DNA of 58,540 bases, counting the filler, from Sphacelaria rigidula (lineage: Eukaryota): the NCBI GenBank assembly GCA_964200075.2. It is 9 parts of 9 records of this genome, joined end to end, with 100 filler letters (N's around TTAATTAATTAA, not from the genome) between each part and the next. Parts side by side here need not be neighbours in the genome. Positions count along the whole stretch, not along the records: positions 1 to 6,416 come from CAXNAA020020199.1; positions 6,517 to 12,932 come from CAXNAA020020200.1; 7 more parts are not named here. The stretch is one strand, 5' to 3'. The notes beneath the pieces were generated by a model. It saw only the letters and a program-made list of their open reading frames with translations. It was not told the origin of the DNA and did no database searches. Positions 1 through 10,811 of this stretch are shown piece after piece; position 1 is the first letter of the stretch; each line of letters starts with the position of its first letter. The translations under genes and the position numbers were made by a program.

Positions 1-827
1 CTGCGCCGCCGCCGCCCCACGACCGAGTACGACCGTCCCGTGCCCAGCAAAGAAATACCAAAGAAATACCAAACTAATCGCCCCCCGATAGCCGACACCG
101 GCGGTACCCGTGGTCACCGTCGGTATCAACCAGCCAACCCGGCGTCACCGCGCCTCTTTGCGAAAATAAACACAAGCGGCGCTGCCGTCGCCGTCCAAGA
201 TGCCGGCGGAGTCGGACACCAGCACGTGGCGCTCACCACGGATACCGGCGACGGACGAGATGATGATGGTCGCATCGTGAGTCTACTACAGCAGCACAGA
301 CGCCATAGCCGACCGCCCCCTCCCGCACCGATCATGACACCGACGGCCACGCGCGACAAGAGCGCAGTGCGGCCGCGGCGGTTGGGTTGATCCTGCCCAC
401 CGATGCGTGGATCCTCACGGACACACCGGTAGTCGCTGCGCTGTCATCGCTCCCGAACCGACCACGACCTTCACGTGCCAAGCGAAGACGCGTCAGGAGC
501 ACCGCTCGCATCTGGCCACCATCGACACCACCGCGCGTGTACCGGGTCGCAATGCCCGTCCGCTGATGATGGAGTGCGGGACGGCTGATGGGTTGATCCT
601 GCCCACAGATCACTGGACCAGCGCGGACACAACAGTCGCCACTGCGCCGCCAGAAGGGTGAAAACTTAAGTAGCGGAGGGAAAAAAACTACGAACACTAC
701 ACAACGTTCACACCGGACCTAGGCCCCTTACAGTCCCTACTTTAAAAAATATGCACGCTCCACCTCTCGCGCTTGCCGTCAACGTTAGACAACATCGCCG
801 TCCCCCCCGTGCACGATTCCCGAGATT

Positions 828-1391
828 TCAGAGATCCGGGTCATCGTCGAAAAAGTCGGAATATACCAGCGCCGGTGGCGGCGACGTGTATGCGTGCTTG
901 CGGGGAATGGGTGGCACGATGACCTGATCCGCGACTCCCAAAACCTCGCACCCTACCACCGCTGTTGCGTCTGGCGCGTTGATGGAAATTGGCGTGAACG
1001 GGAGATTCGTGGTTACGATGTGGATCGAAAATGAGGGGTGGTCCTGCCCGATCTTCCGGAACTTTGGCGCTCGTTCTTGAGATGTGGTTGCGAGAGTTAC
1101 ACCATTTCCAAGAGAGGCTCCAGCGAAGATGCAGTCCTCGATGAGATCATCGTTCTCTCGGCCGCGCTTTTTCCGCACACCCGCACCGGAAGATGGTCGT
1201 TCGTCGTCGAGCGAGGCTGCTGTAGTCGTCTTCGTCTTGGCTGCACAGGGCACTACAATGTGGACCGTTGGGGAGATGACCTTCGGGCTCAAAGATAGGT
1301 GCGAGTCGACACGACCGTCGTTGCATGCCTGGAGGTAAAATACGGCAAGATGGCGAGATTTACCCAGTCGAGGTTGAAGACGAGTGATCAT
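828..1391 (-). CDS. Hypothetical intronless ORF, 187 aa
   Basis: Open frame with a basic patch (RKKRGRE) and acidic C-terminus (DFFDDDPDL); no recognised domain. Confidence 0.25.
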   Translation of the reverse strand: MITRLQPRLGKSRHLAVFYLQACNDGRVDSHLSLSPKVISPTVHIVVPCAAKTKTTTAASLDDERPSSGAGVRKKRGRENDDLIEDCIFAGASLGNGVTLATTSQERAPKFRKIGQDHPSFSIHIVTTNLPFTPISINAPDATAVVGCEVLGVADQVIVPPIPRKHAYTSPPPALVYSDFFDDDPDL

Positions 1392-1567
1392 AATCGATCT
1401 AGATAAAAAGTTAGGACCGAAGAGAAGAGTCTATACGAGCGGCACTATCGAATGTTCCCCCATCGTATCGTTATCACTTACCCTATAGGTGATAGGCACA
1501 CTAAGCCGCGACATAACTCTGCTTCGTGATGGTCGCTACCCAAATGATGCCTGTCACTTATCAAAGT

Positions 1568-1996
1568 TCAAGTAGCGGTGAACACTGAGTAGTCAACCTC
1601 GGCACGATTTTCCCAATTGAGTACTTTCTTGTTGATGCATACCTGATCAGAGGATTCTAGCGAGAAAACGCCGTGAGAAAGCTTTCCCTTCTTGTTACGA
1701 CTGAAAACATCATGATCCATCTCCCTCAGACGCTTCCTGCAGGCTATGTGGTCGAGATCCGTCGTGATGACATGAGTTGTATCAATCTGCGAGGCTTTGA
1801 CGGCAGCGGGTCTTGTGGGCATGACTACCGCTCCTGCTGCTGGCGGCGGCGGCGGCGGTGGCGGTGGCGGCTGGTTGTTCGGATCGTCTCGGCAAGACCC
1901 CCGGCTTGATGTAACGCGCGGCTTCCTTTTCTTGGCCCCTGCGCGGAAGCGCACTCCCTCGTAGTGAGACGTGTTAGCATTGCTGAGGATAGGCAC
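1568..1996 (-). CDS. Hypothetical intronless ORF, 142 aa, poly-Pro
   Basis: Open frame with KKRKPR, a poly-P run and HVITTDL/RKRLRE motifs that loosely resemble the neighbouring ORF. Confidence 0.2.
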   Translation of the reverse strand: MPILSNANTSHYEGVRFRAGAKKRKPRVTSSRGSCRDDPNNQPPPPPPPPPPAAGAVVMPTRPAAVKASQIDTTHVITTDLDHIACRKRLREMDHDVFSRNKKGKLSHGVFSLESSDQVCINKKVLNWENRAEVDYSVFTAT

Positions 1997-3103
1997 CTAA
2001 GTCATTTGACGGTATGTGTGTGGGGGGATAGGGGGGAGGGGGATCTTCGGATAGTAGTGACGTTGGAACAGCTCAAGTCAGGAATGATGCTGGGGCATCA
2101 TCTCGGGAATGGTGTGAACAGCGTCTCTAGTTTTTCTCATCATGCTACTAGCACTGTAGTGATGACAAGCAAACGGATATTGTTTCCCTCGGCGAGGAGA
2201 GGAAAACAAGTGCTCAAACCGGTATTATTTTGGCTTCCCATTGTATGCCGACCTTTGTCCCTCACCCCTACCCATTCCCTGCCTAATATGAGCAGATAGC
2301 GAACAGACGAGAGCTGTAAGAAACAGGCGACGTAGGAAGTTGTACGAATGGAGAACGAATAAACTAAAAATAGAAGGGAACAGCAAGAGTTTTAACAATA
2401 GATGACCAAAAATGCAGTGACATTTTCAGACCCGTTGGAAAGCGTAGTTACAGTTGATGCCAAAATATGAAGGGATCGGGCAGGAGCAAGATTATAGAAG
2501 GATGGGAGTCATTGGTCAGGGCCACAGCAAGGAACGTCACAGGGGAGAAACTGATCGCAAGCAACAAAGCAGTAAAATAATGGGATGAGGAGGTGAAGTA
2601 TCCTGTGAGAGTGAGGAGAGAGGCCCACGCGAGACATGTCTCGAGGGAAGCTACGGTAGGATGAGAGGAGTATGCCAAAGCTAGAAAGGAGGTAAAACAG
2701 GTTATAGAGAAGGAAAAAGAGGGAATATAGAAAGATGGAGTTCATGAAACATATCAAGCTTTCGATGGCGGGATGAAGCATCTGTGGGCAGAAATAAAAA
2801 CGAACAAGGGGAAACAGGCAGAAGAGACAGAAAAGAGGGTAACTACTCCAAGAGCACAGAACGTTAAAATGATTAGTGGTTCGAGGGGGAAGAGAAAAGT
2901 CCTGTCAGAGCACGATAGAAAGCTAGGGACATCACCAAATGACGAGATCTTCGACATGGAAATCAAGAAAGAAATCAACACGTGGGCAGAGACAATGCAG
3001 ATGCATCAAAACGGGAAGATAGGGGCTCAAAAGAATCACAGAAAGAGTTCACAAGAGAGGAAGTAAAAGAGTGTGTAGCTAAACTCCAAAACAGAAACGC
3101 AGC

Positions 3104-3186
3104 AGGGGGGTGGGGTGGGGGTGAGGGGCGTACTCATGTGTTGCTTGCTTTAGTCGCTCGACCGTTGACCACGCATCTCTTTAGAG
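3104..3186 (-). mobile_element. Short 5'-truncated LINE 3'-end copy inserted antisense in the LINE
   Basis: Reverse complement reads GATGCGTGGTCAACGG...GCAAGCAACACATGAGTACGCCCC plus C tract; ACGCAGC is duplicated on both sides; removing it restores NRNAAGADK. Confidence 0.8.
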
Positions 3187-3765
3187 ACGCAGCGGGCGCA
3201 GACAAAGTAGTGAACGAATTTCTCGAGTACGGGGGAGAGGGAATGGTTACCATTATGTTTATGCTGTAGAAGTGGATATGGGAAAACGAGTACAGACAAA
3301 ACAAGTGGAGAGGAGGAGTAATGGTGAAGTTTCGTTTTTAAGAAAGAAGACAAGACTCACCCAGGGAATTGTAGAGGGATAACGCTACTGAGCACCGTAG
3401 GGAAACGGTCTGCAAGGCTCTGAACGAAAGAGTGGGAACGATGCTAGAGAAGGGAGAAAAGCACAGCTAGGGCAGGTTTTAGACCAAACCGTGGTTGCGT
3501 AGACCATGCGTGCACACTAAGGAAGATTATTCAAGGTAGGAAAGATACCGGGTTGGTTGGCAACGTACTGTTCCTTCCTAGACGTACAGAAGGCGTATCA
3601 CAGCGTGAAAAATGGAGCTGTGGAAAAGTTGCGGGAAACTAGGATAAGAGAAAATATGTGGAGGATGGTGAAGAAGATGAGAGAATGTGTGAAAAGTGCT
3701 ACGATGCTAGACGGGCGAATATCGAAGTACTTCGATATTTTTCACACCCTGGACAATACAATATG

Positions 3766-4155
3766 TAATATATATTGCCCGCTCAATATATCGACGCGTC
3801 GAGTGGTCAATATATATTGGGCGAGCAATATGATGACACGAGAGAGGGTCAATATATATTGTGCCATCAATATACCAAGGCTCGCGACATGCAATATATA
3901 TCGACCGACCAATAGATCACGACACGCGCCACCTCAATATATATTGGCCGAGTAATGGTGCGAGAAGGCACCAATATATATATTTGTCGAGTAATATATT
4001 TGCTGCCACCCGAGGTCAATATATATTGGCGATTCAATGTACTCGACACCTGAAGCGCCAATATATATTGCCGCCCCAATATGTCGTGCGTCAATGCGTC
4101 CAATATATGTTGGGTGGACAATACACGAGGGAACCGACGGTCACAATACATGTTG
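3766..4155. repeat. Spaced palindrome array, block 1 (10 units)
   Basis: CAATATATATTG-like 12-mers start at 3766, 3808, 3850, 3892, 3935, 3972, 4017, 4059, 4101, 4144. Confidence 0.9.
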
Positions 4156-4298
4156 GTGTAGCAAAATATATTGATTTTCAACATAGATTGGAAAGTGTAT
4201 TGGAATTAGTATGGTGCGCAGTTCTTTATTCGCGGGCGCCATTCAAAGACGTATTTTACATGCCGAAAATGCTAAATGTATTCCTCCGCAAGCGTGTT

Positions 4299-4606
4299 CA
4301 ATATATATTGGCTGCACAATAGCTATCCGATCAGCGTGCGCAATACATATTGGAGAAACAGCACTTCTGCATGGTTTGCATTCAATATATATCATGGCAA
4401 CAATATGCTACGCATCGCCTCGACTCGATATATATTGAAACTTTAATACATACACGGCCGGCATGCACAATATACATTGAATGTTTTATTCTCGGAGCAA
4501 CTGCATGTCCAATATATATTGACATACATTACTTCATGATCATGACGCAAGCAATATATGTTGTTGCTTCAATATCTCCGAGGACATCTCAACACAATAT
4601 ATATTG
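4299..4606. repeat. Spaced palindrome array, block 2 (8 units)
   Basis: 12-mers start at 4299, 4341, 4383, 4426, 4468, 4510, 4552, 4595. Confidence 0.9.
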
Positions 4607-5035
4607 ATAAGACAATATTTGCGCTGGCTCCAATACAAAGTATTGGTATCATATTGGAACATATTATATTGTCCAGGGTATAAGCAACACAGCCCCGGTG
4701 ACCACAGGGGTACCAAAAGGCGCATATCGACCCGCGTTTCCTGTCGTCGTGATGTTCAGCCAAGATATTCATATTACATGCTGGAAAGGGGATGGGCGGC
4801 CCCGCCCCGGTGGCCAAATAGGTATCAGGAGGCATATATACCGGGTCGCCTCTTCTGTCACCATATTTTCTAACCAGTATACACATATATATATATATCA
4901 AACGCATTCGACAACTTTCCGGAGTAATGCACGCGAACTTCTGCGGCTCCCTTTAAAGCTTTTCCCAATCTGCACGGGCTCCGGCATCCATCGCGTCTGG
5001 ATCTCTCCTAGAGCGTACACGATACTTAAAGTATC

Positions 5036-5305
5036 CAGTATATATTGACCGGCCAATGCGTTGTCACCCACGCAGACCCAATATACATTGACCGGTCAAT
5101 ATGTTCTCATCAACGCGATCCTCATATATATTGGTCGTGCAATATGCTGCCGCCCACGCTGCCCCAATATATACTGATGGGACAATATGTGTTCAACCCA
5201 ATCGTACCAATATATATTGGGCGGGTAATATGTATGCAGTCCCACGACATCAATATATGTTGGGCGCACAATACATGTGCAGTCTAAGGGTACCAATATA
5301 TATTA
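5036..5305. repeat. Spaced palindrome array, block 3 (7 units)
   Basis: 12-mers start at 5036, 5079, 5122, 5165, 5208, 5251, 5294 (43-bp period). Confidence 0.9.
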
Positions 5306-6416
5306 CACCGGCAATATATCGAAAAATTCCAATATGATCGACTAATATAGATTGGAAACATCTTGTATTGTCCAGGGTGTGATATTTTTACAAGGAGTTG
5401 CACAAGTTAGTGAAGAAGCTGAAAACAGTATAAATAACAGCAGCTAGGAAAATGCGTGGATCCTCGAAAACGATCAGTAATACAGCATTGAGAGCAGAGT
5501 TGGGATTGTACCCACTTGAAAGAAATAGAGACACGAGGAAGTTTGAATGGCAACACAGCATAAGGAGCATGCAAAGAAAGAGATTGCCGACCATAGTTGA
5601 TAGGGCCGTTTGCAAGAAAGTGACGAAATGGCTGGCTGGAATAAGGTGGGATAGCATAGTCGAAAAAGTATGGAAGGACACAGGAGGAAATAAAGACGGG
5701 ATAATGTCACTACGTGAGTGCGAGCGGTACGAGATATAAATAAGGGAGAAACAAGCGCTGACTCGGAAACTAGACCAGGAAGAGCTACTGAAGATATACG
5801 GGGGGGTTGAGGTAGATAACAGGGATCAATACATATCTGCATGATCCAATGGACTCCGCCTAAAATTTGCAACTGCGATTTCGATTGGAGGGCCGGGACC
5901 TGCCGGAGAGAAGGAGGAGATATATCAGTAGTCGAGTGGACGAGTAATTGGATGCACAGCAACTGCCCCTGCGGCAATGCAATAGAGAGTAGAACTCATA
6001 GAATGGGGAAATATGAACTACACAAGACGGAACGAGTCGTATTGGAGGGGGAATTGAGGGAAGTAAACGAAGGTGGGGTAATATCGTTCGGTACAATGGA
6101 CAGTAGTGGGAAAACGACGGCTATACCAGGAGACAGATGGTGGCCAGAGACGGCAAAATAAGAAGGGGATACGGTATGTGAAAAAAAATTGTGTAAGGAA
6201 TAGAAGAAACGTCATGAGCGCACGAATGATGGAGGTGTCTCCATTAGGAATAGGTATGGTGCTCAGTCTCGAAAGGGATGCGTGGTAAATGATCGAATCA
6301 CCAAAGGCAAATGAGTACCCCCCCTCCCCCTCCCCTTCCCCATTTCGAGCTCCATGTAAGAGAGTGACTCGCTTCGGACCCGAATAGGAATACGAGGGAC
6401 AGGCGGGGGTAACAGT

Positions 6417-6516
6417 NNNNNNNNNNNNNNNNNNNNNNNNNNNNNNNNNNNNNNNNNNNNTTAATTAATTAANNNNNNNNNNNNNNNNNNNNNNNNNNNN
6501 NNNNNNNNNNNNNNNN
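6417..6516. other. Artificial contig linker (N44-TTAATTAATTAA-N44); also at 12933, 19449, 25965, 32481, 38996, 45511, 52026
   Basis: Identical 100-nt spacer carrying stops in all six frames, separating contigs of 6416/6415 bp. Confidence 0.99.
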
Positions 6517-6596
6517 GTGCTCCGTCCCGGCTTTGTAGGGACGCGAGGTCAATGGTCTTACGACTAAGGCATGCATGATCATGAGTACCCCCCCCG
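6517..6596 (+). mobile_element. Retroposon 3'-end fragment (family II) with C tract
   Basis: GTGCTCCGTCCCGGCTTT...GGTCAATGGTC...ATGAGTACCCCCCCC, matching ~39994-40070. Confidence 0.7.
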
Positions 6597-9029
6597 GGAA
6601 CTTGACTGGCAATTTACTGTCGAGCAATGGATGGTGACCACTTCCGCACCTCGTTGGTTTTCAAGTTTTGTTTACTCAGTCACGTCCGCACGAATTCGCA
6701 CGACGGAAGCCAAAATATCTCGATACTGTTGCGACAAACCCACAAGAATTCGCTCAAACTGGCCGTTGTGTGGCGTACCAGTCTGGCCACCCGGGCGCGG
6801 CACACGACTGAATGATGAACAACACGTGGCAATTATTTATGTGACGACCATGCGGTCACACACACTACACTACAGTTTATTCACCTTGACCAATATGTAG
6901 TAGTGTCTCAGCACCCAGTGCCCTACGTGGAGGTTCCGGAGAACGAGTGTGTCTTTTCTCATATTTATCTCGTGGGGTCTTCGAGGTGCATGCATGGCGG
7001 ACAATCAACACGTACATAACGCGCGTTATGCGTTGGAGACTGTGACGGTAGTTTTGATGCAACGAAAGTCAACGCTGTGCGGGGAAATTGACATGTAGCG
7101 TCGGCAGTTCAACGATGTCCATGAGGGTGTCCGTCTGACCTTTGTCCTACTTGTTGCAACCGTGAGTAACGAAACTTTCCCCCCATCTTTCACCTCGTGG
7201 GAAAACCACCATTGCAGGTGGCCACCATAACCCGGCAGTACGTGAACGGCCTTATTGCCCCTGGGCGATTAGAACCCGCCGCTGCCGCCGCCGCCGCCGC
7301 TGCCGCTGCCGCTGACATGACAGCATCAAGTGCTGCCCGCGATATCCAAAGCCAAGAGCCAGAGGGAAGCGGCAGTACCGCTGCTGCTGCTGCTGCTGTC
7401 GACGCACTGACGGCGGGCGGAGCAAGTGATCCCGGCGAGGCGAACCCGGGTGCAAGTTGAAAAAATAGATTCTGGGGTGGAGTGTAGCCCCGTTTTTTCT
7501 TTTGTCTTCTAGCAAGGCGCGTTGTATGTTTTATTCTATTTATTTTGGTGTCTCGAGTCTTGTGCGTTCGAGGGTTGTCGTGAATACATTTTGGCGTCAA
7601 GTGTAAATTGTTGTACACCACCAATGCTTTTGATACACTTCTTGTGCTGAACCCTGGTACGGAAGTACCCGAAAACAGTTGTTGGCCAGGACTGGTTAGT
7701 CAGGGGCGGGAGTAGATTTCCCGTCGGGATCAGACACGAGTCAGGACTGCTATTCTGGACCGACGTTTCAGTTTTCGTCACACGTGATGGACGTGCGCGG
7801 ATTGGGGCGAGGTTGTTTGGGAGTTTGGGAGTACGCTGCAGACTCAAGTCGGTCGCATACGACGTCGTCTTGACTGGGAGGTTTTCATTACGCTGTACAA
7901 CGTCGGCAGCTTTTGACAGGCCCTTTTCAGGTGGCCATTGGGAATTATCGTGGAACTGCAGACTTCGGTGTTTAATTGATTCAAAAGGTTCGATCGCCTG
8001 CAATCATACCTGGAAGCCTTGAATATTGTGCGGTTTTTCACAGCTGATGGATCACCGGGAAGTTGCAATGGCAGGCGCTCTGCCTGAAGCTCCGTTCAGC
8101 TTCTGTGAAGCTCTGTTCCCGTGAATCTCCGTTCCTCCTGTGTGGCATACGACACTCCAGCGTGGCATGCGACCACGTTATCTTGTTTGAGGGGAAAGGA
8201 GAGCCGGTATTGGTCCGGTTCGTGTTCCCGATTGTACAGTTGCATCTCAAAAGCTTGGAGCTAGATCTAACTCCAAGGTACATATTGTACTTCTACATGT
8301 AGCTTGTCAAGACCAAATCCCGGAACGGGGTTCAGCTCTGCTCTGTTGTATTGATGCATGTGTGCTAGTAGGAAGAGGCGAGAGTGACGGGAGGGATCCT
8401 TACTCTCATTACTGGATTTTTGACCCCATGAATGTACGTTGGATGAAGGCACGTTGGACGAATTTGTACTCAGCGGACGGATTTTTGCATTAAGCACAGG
8501 GGGCCCGTAGTGCTGCTGTCCAGGACCCACTCGACGGAAATTTCTGTAGACGTGCCGTCCATTTCTCGTTCCTTATTCGGTGAGGTGGAATGCCTGTGTC
8601 CTATGTTGGTTGCCATATATTCTGTAGTTTCTCGGTCCGCAAGAAATTTCTCGCAGCATTTAACAACTCGGTGGAATGCAGTAACACAGAATGATTACCA
8701 GATGGTGTATTCTGTGAGTCCGGCCGCTCGTCGCCGTGTTGTTTGGCCGTACTGGTATGCTGTGTCGCGATTGACGGCCCGCTCTCTTTTTCCCGGAGGT
8801 CGACATTGATCGACTAGGGTCCACGGTGGCGAGGTCCGTTTCATCGCTTACCGGAGTGTGAGAGTTAACACCTTTTGTTCACTCCATCGGGATTTTTTTG
8901 CAGACGATTTGTCATCTCCACTCGAAAGTTTTCGAGTATGTAGACGTTGGAAATAGAAGCAGGTCGCGGTCAGCACACGTCTCCCAAGTTCGTGTGTTGG
9001 AACAACACAGATTGAAACCCCGTTCATCG

Positions 9030-9210
9030 AGGCGGTGTTATTGACCGTATATAATTCAAAAACGTCTTTTCGGCTTAAGTGCCATGAGTATCGAGAGAAT
9101 GAACTGAACCACAAGATTGTTGATCATAACAATCCGGATCGGTTCGATCGAGTGAAAATATCTGATAGCGAGAACCAGGGGCTGTACACTCGTAGGATCC
9201 CCAACGACGT
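9030..9210. repeat. Dispersed repeat, related copy at ~42305-42495
   Basis: Shared CCCCGTTCATC..GGTGTTATTGACCGT..TTTTCGGCT..GAAAATA..GGGCTG..AGGA.CCCC framework. Confidence 0.6.
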
Positions 9211-9357
9211 AACTCGTTCAAAATTGTTCGCGGAACTCCCCCCCCCCTCTCCGAAATTTGTGCCGGTTCATCCTTTCTCCCGATTCCCGAAAATCAAACA
9301 GCACCCATGATGAGTTGTGGTAACAGAATAAGCTGAAGAACCTATTTTTCCATCGTC

Positions 9358-9703
9358 GCTCCGATGGCTCAGTTGGTAACCGCGAAACCCTATGATGGTT
9401 GGAACGTGGGTTCAAATCTCGGTGGGCTGGGATTTTTTTCTCACCTCATGCCCAGCAGTGGAGAGCGACTGTGTGGTGGGTAAACAAAATTCGACTTCTC
9501 GACGAGGGAAGGGGACCGCTGAACCCCGTTCGCGATGAAAGGTAAGGCAAGCGCCCAAGAAGGAAAGTCGGATCCTGTAACAAAAATAATAACTCTTGTG
9601 TTGGCCTTCCTCCTCTGTAATCCCCGGCTGATGTGTCCACCTAGACTGAAAGATGTAGACTGTAACGTCCAGAATAGTTGGGATGACAACACACAACACA
9701 CAA
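9358..9703 (+). mobile_element. tRNA-derived SINE
   Basis: Pol III A box TGGCTCAGTTGG (9365-9376) and B box GGTTCAAATCT (9409-9419), a non-tRNA body and a CAACACACAACACACAA tail. Confidence 0.75.
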
Positions 9704-9811
9704 TCCCAAGGTTTTTGTCGGAACTTTGACTGCTCCATGTGGTATACACGGTTGGACGCAATGCCTGATGATACTTGTATGCGTACAGACTGAAAATGGA
9801 TCGACCCCTTT

Positions 9812-10066
9812 GAGCAAATCTACGGTAGGGGTGCACTTTTGCGCAAAATCGTGTCTGGTTCAGCGGCTCGCAACGATTCTAGATGCACAAAAATATGGGT
9901 CAGGGCATCCTCGTTTGCAAATTAATTTGGCATATCCCTAGGACATCGGAATAGTAATCCTGGCGTACTGTCACATATTTCATAAGCCGTGTTGTGGATT
10001 AAATAAAGGGCTCCCAACACCTACAACCTCAGAAAATATTTGTGCACCCCTACCGTAGCATCACTT
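9812..10066 (-). mobile_element. MITE family A, 4-bp TSD CTTT
   Basis: TIR core CTACGGTAGGGGTGCAC / GTGCACCCCTACCGTAG; CTTT at 9808-9811 and 10067-10070; inverted homologue of 43481-43751. Confidence 0.85.
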
Positions 10067-10320
10067 CTTTTCCCCTGGCAAAGTGTTGAGAGTATGACGT
10101 GTACCCCGTTGAAAGAACGACGATAATTTTTTTGCCAGCACATGTAACACTGACGGGGGAACAGAGAGTCTCTCCTCGACGACAATCCGCTTTTTCCCAT
10201 CTGCAAATCGTTTCATGCAAGTTGCTCTCTAATAAGAACGTTAATCTGTCGATTTCCGTTGAGGTCTGTACTGATTGCCGTGTGTCAATGCCAGCAAATT
10301 TTGGTATTATTTCTGTACGG

Positions 10321-10520
10321 CAGTATCTTCGCACGTTTGGCCGGACCCAAAGCGGCCACTTTCCCTCAGCTCTTGCGAGTCCTTCAAATTATGTGGAAGT
10401 AGTTGAGAAAACCAAACTGTTTAGTTTTTACAGCGGTTGCGAAGTTCGGTGCATGTTGTTACGGTGAGTTATCTCTGTGCAGACGGCAGTCAGTACAGTA
10501 GAGCAACGAAAGCTGGCTAT
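10321..10520. repeat. ~200-bp dispersed repeat, copy 1
   Basis: CAGTATCTTCGCACGTTTG.CCGGACCCAAAGCGG...CAGTCAGTACAGTAGAGCAACGAAAGCT recurs at 11620-11813. Confidence 0.85.
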
Positions 10521-10811
10521 GATCGGGTTTGCCTGCCGTACTGCCGCTAGCGTTGCTTGAAAGCCACAAGACCTTTGCGATTGGCGGTTGATGGCGTGAG
10601 TCTCAAATGCAACGAGAAGTGGTTGATCATAGAGCACTCTTGTTCCTCGTGGGGTCATATCTCGCCCCGGCTTGTAATGATTCTGGAAAGCTGCTGTACC
10701 ACGGGGTTCACGCAGCGGGTGTATCCTCCAGATTGCAGCGTAGAGGCACCCCTCTGAACCACGCTAGCAACAGTTAGTTCACCATCATAGGTATCTTTTT
10801 TCACTCGGCAT

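Larger units (their letters stand above)
3743..5381. mobile_element. Non-autonomous TIR DNA transposon, 1639 bp, 8-bp TSD (hAT/P-like)
   Basis: Perfect 18-bp TIR CACACCCTGGACAATACA (3743-3760) / TGTATTGTCCAGGGTGTG (5364-5381); TSD ATATTTTT at 3735-3742 and 5382-5389; splits the LINE RT. Confidence 0.92.
2330..6340 (+). mobile_element. Degenerate non-LTR retrotransposon (LINE) ORF2 and 3' end, interrupted by two insertions; 5' limit approximate
   Basis: RT motifs in broken frames: AAGADKVVNEFLEYGG, RGITLLSTVGK, FRPNRGCVDH, FLDVQKAYHSV, QGVAQ (~5391-5405), then SNTALRAELGLYPL and CPCGNAIESRTH; ends GAAAGGGATGCGTGG...ATGAGTAC plus a C-rich tract. Confidence 0.9.

Noticed and set aside
385..603. 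GGTTGATCCTGCC at 385 and 591 matches the 5' end of 18S rRNA
   Set aside because: Only 13 nt match and the flanks do not continue as rRNA; it is part of a local duplicated motif.
3766..5305. A bona fide CRISPR array
   Set aside because: Eukaryotic context, a conserved core of only 12 bp, degenerate units, no cas genes and enclosure by TIRs and a TSD. Kept as a repeat-array finding.
3861..5337. I/Y-rich ORFs in the TIR element
   Set aside because: By-products of the CAATATATATTG repeats; no transposase motifs.
6461..6472. TTAATTAATTAA as a biological palindrome
   Set aside because: Assembly linker, identical in all eight gaps.
7600..8800. Possible ancient LINE RT remnant on the minus strand (YLGV, AFHRV)
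   Set aside because: Motifs are too short and scattered to call without a profile search.
9358..9430. Functional tRNA gene
   Set aside because: A and B boxes are present, but acceptor and anticodon stems are not convincing and a SINE-like body and tail follow.
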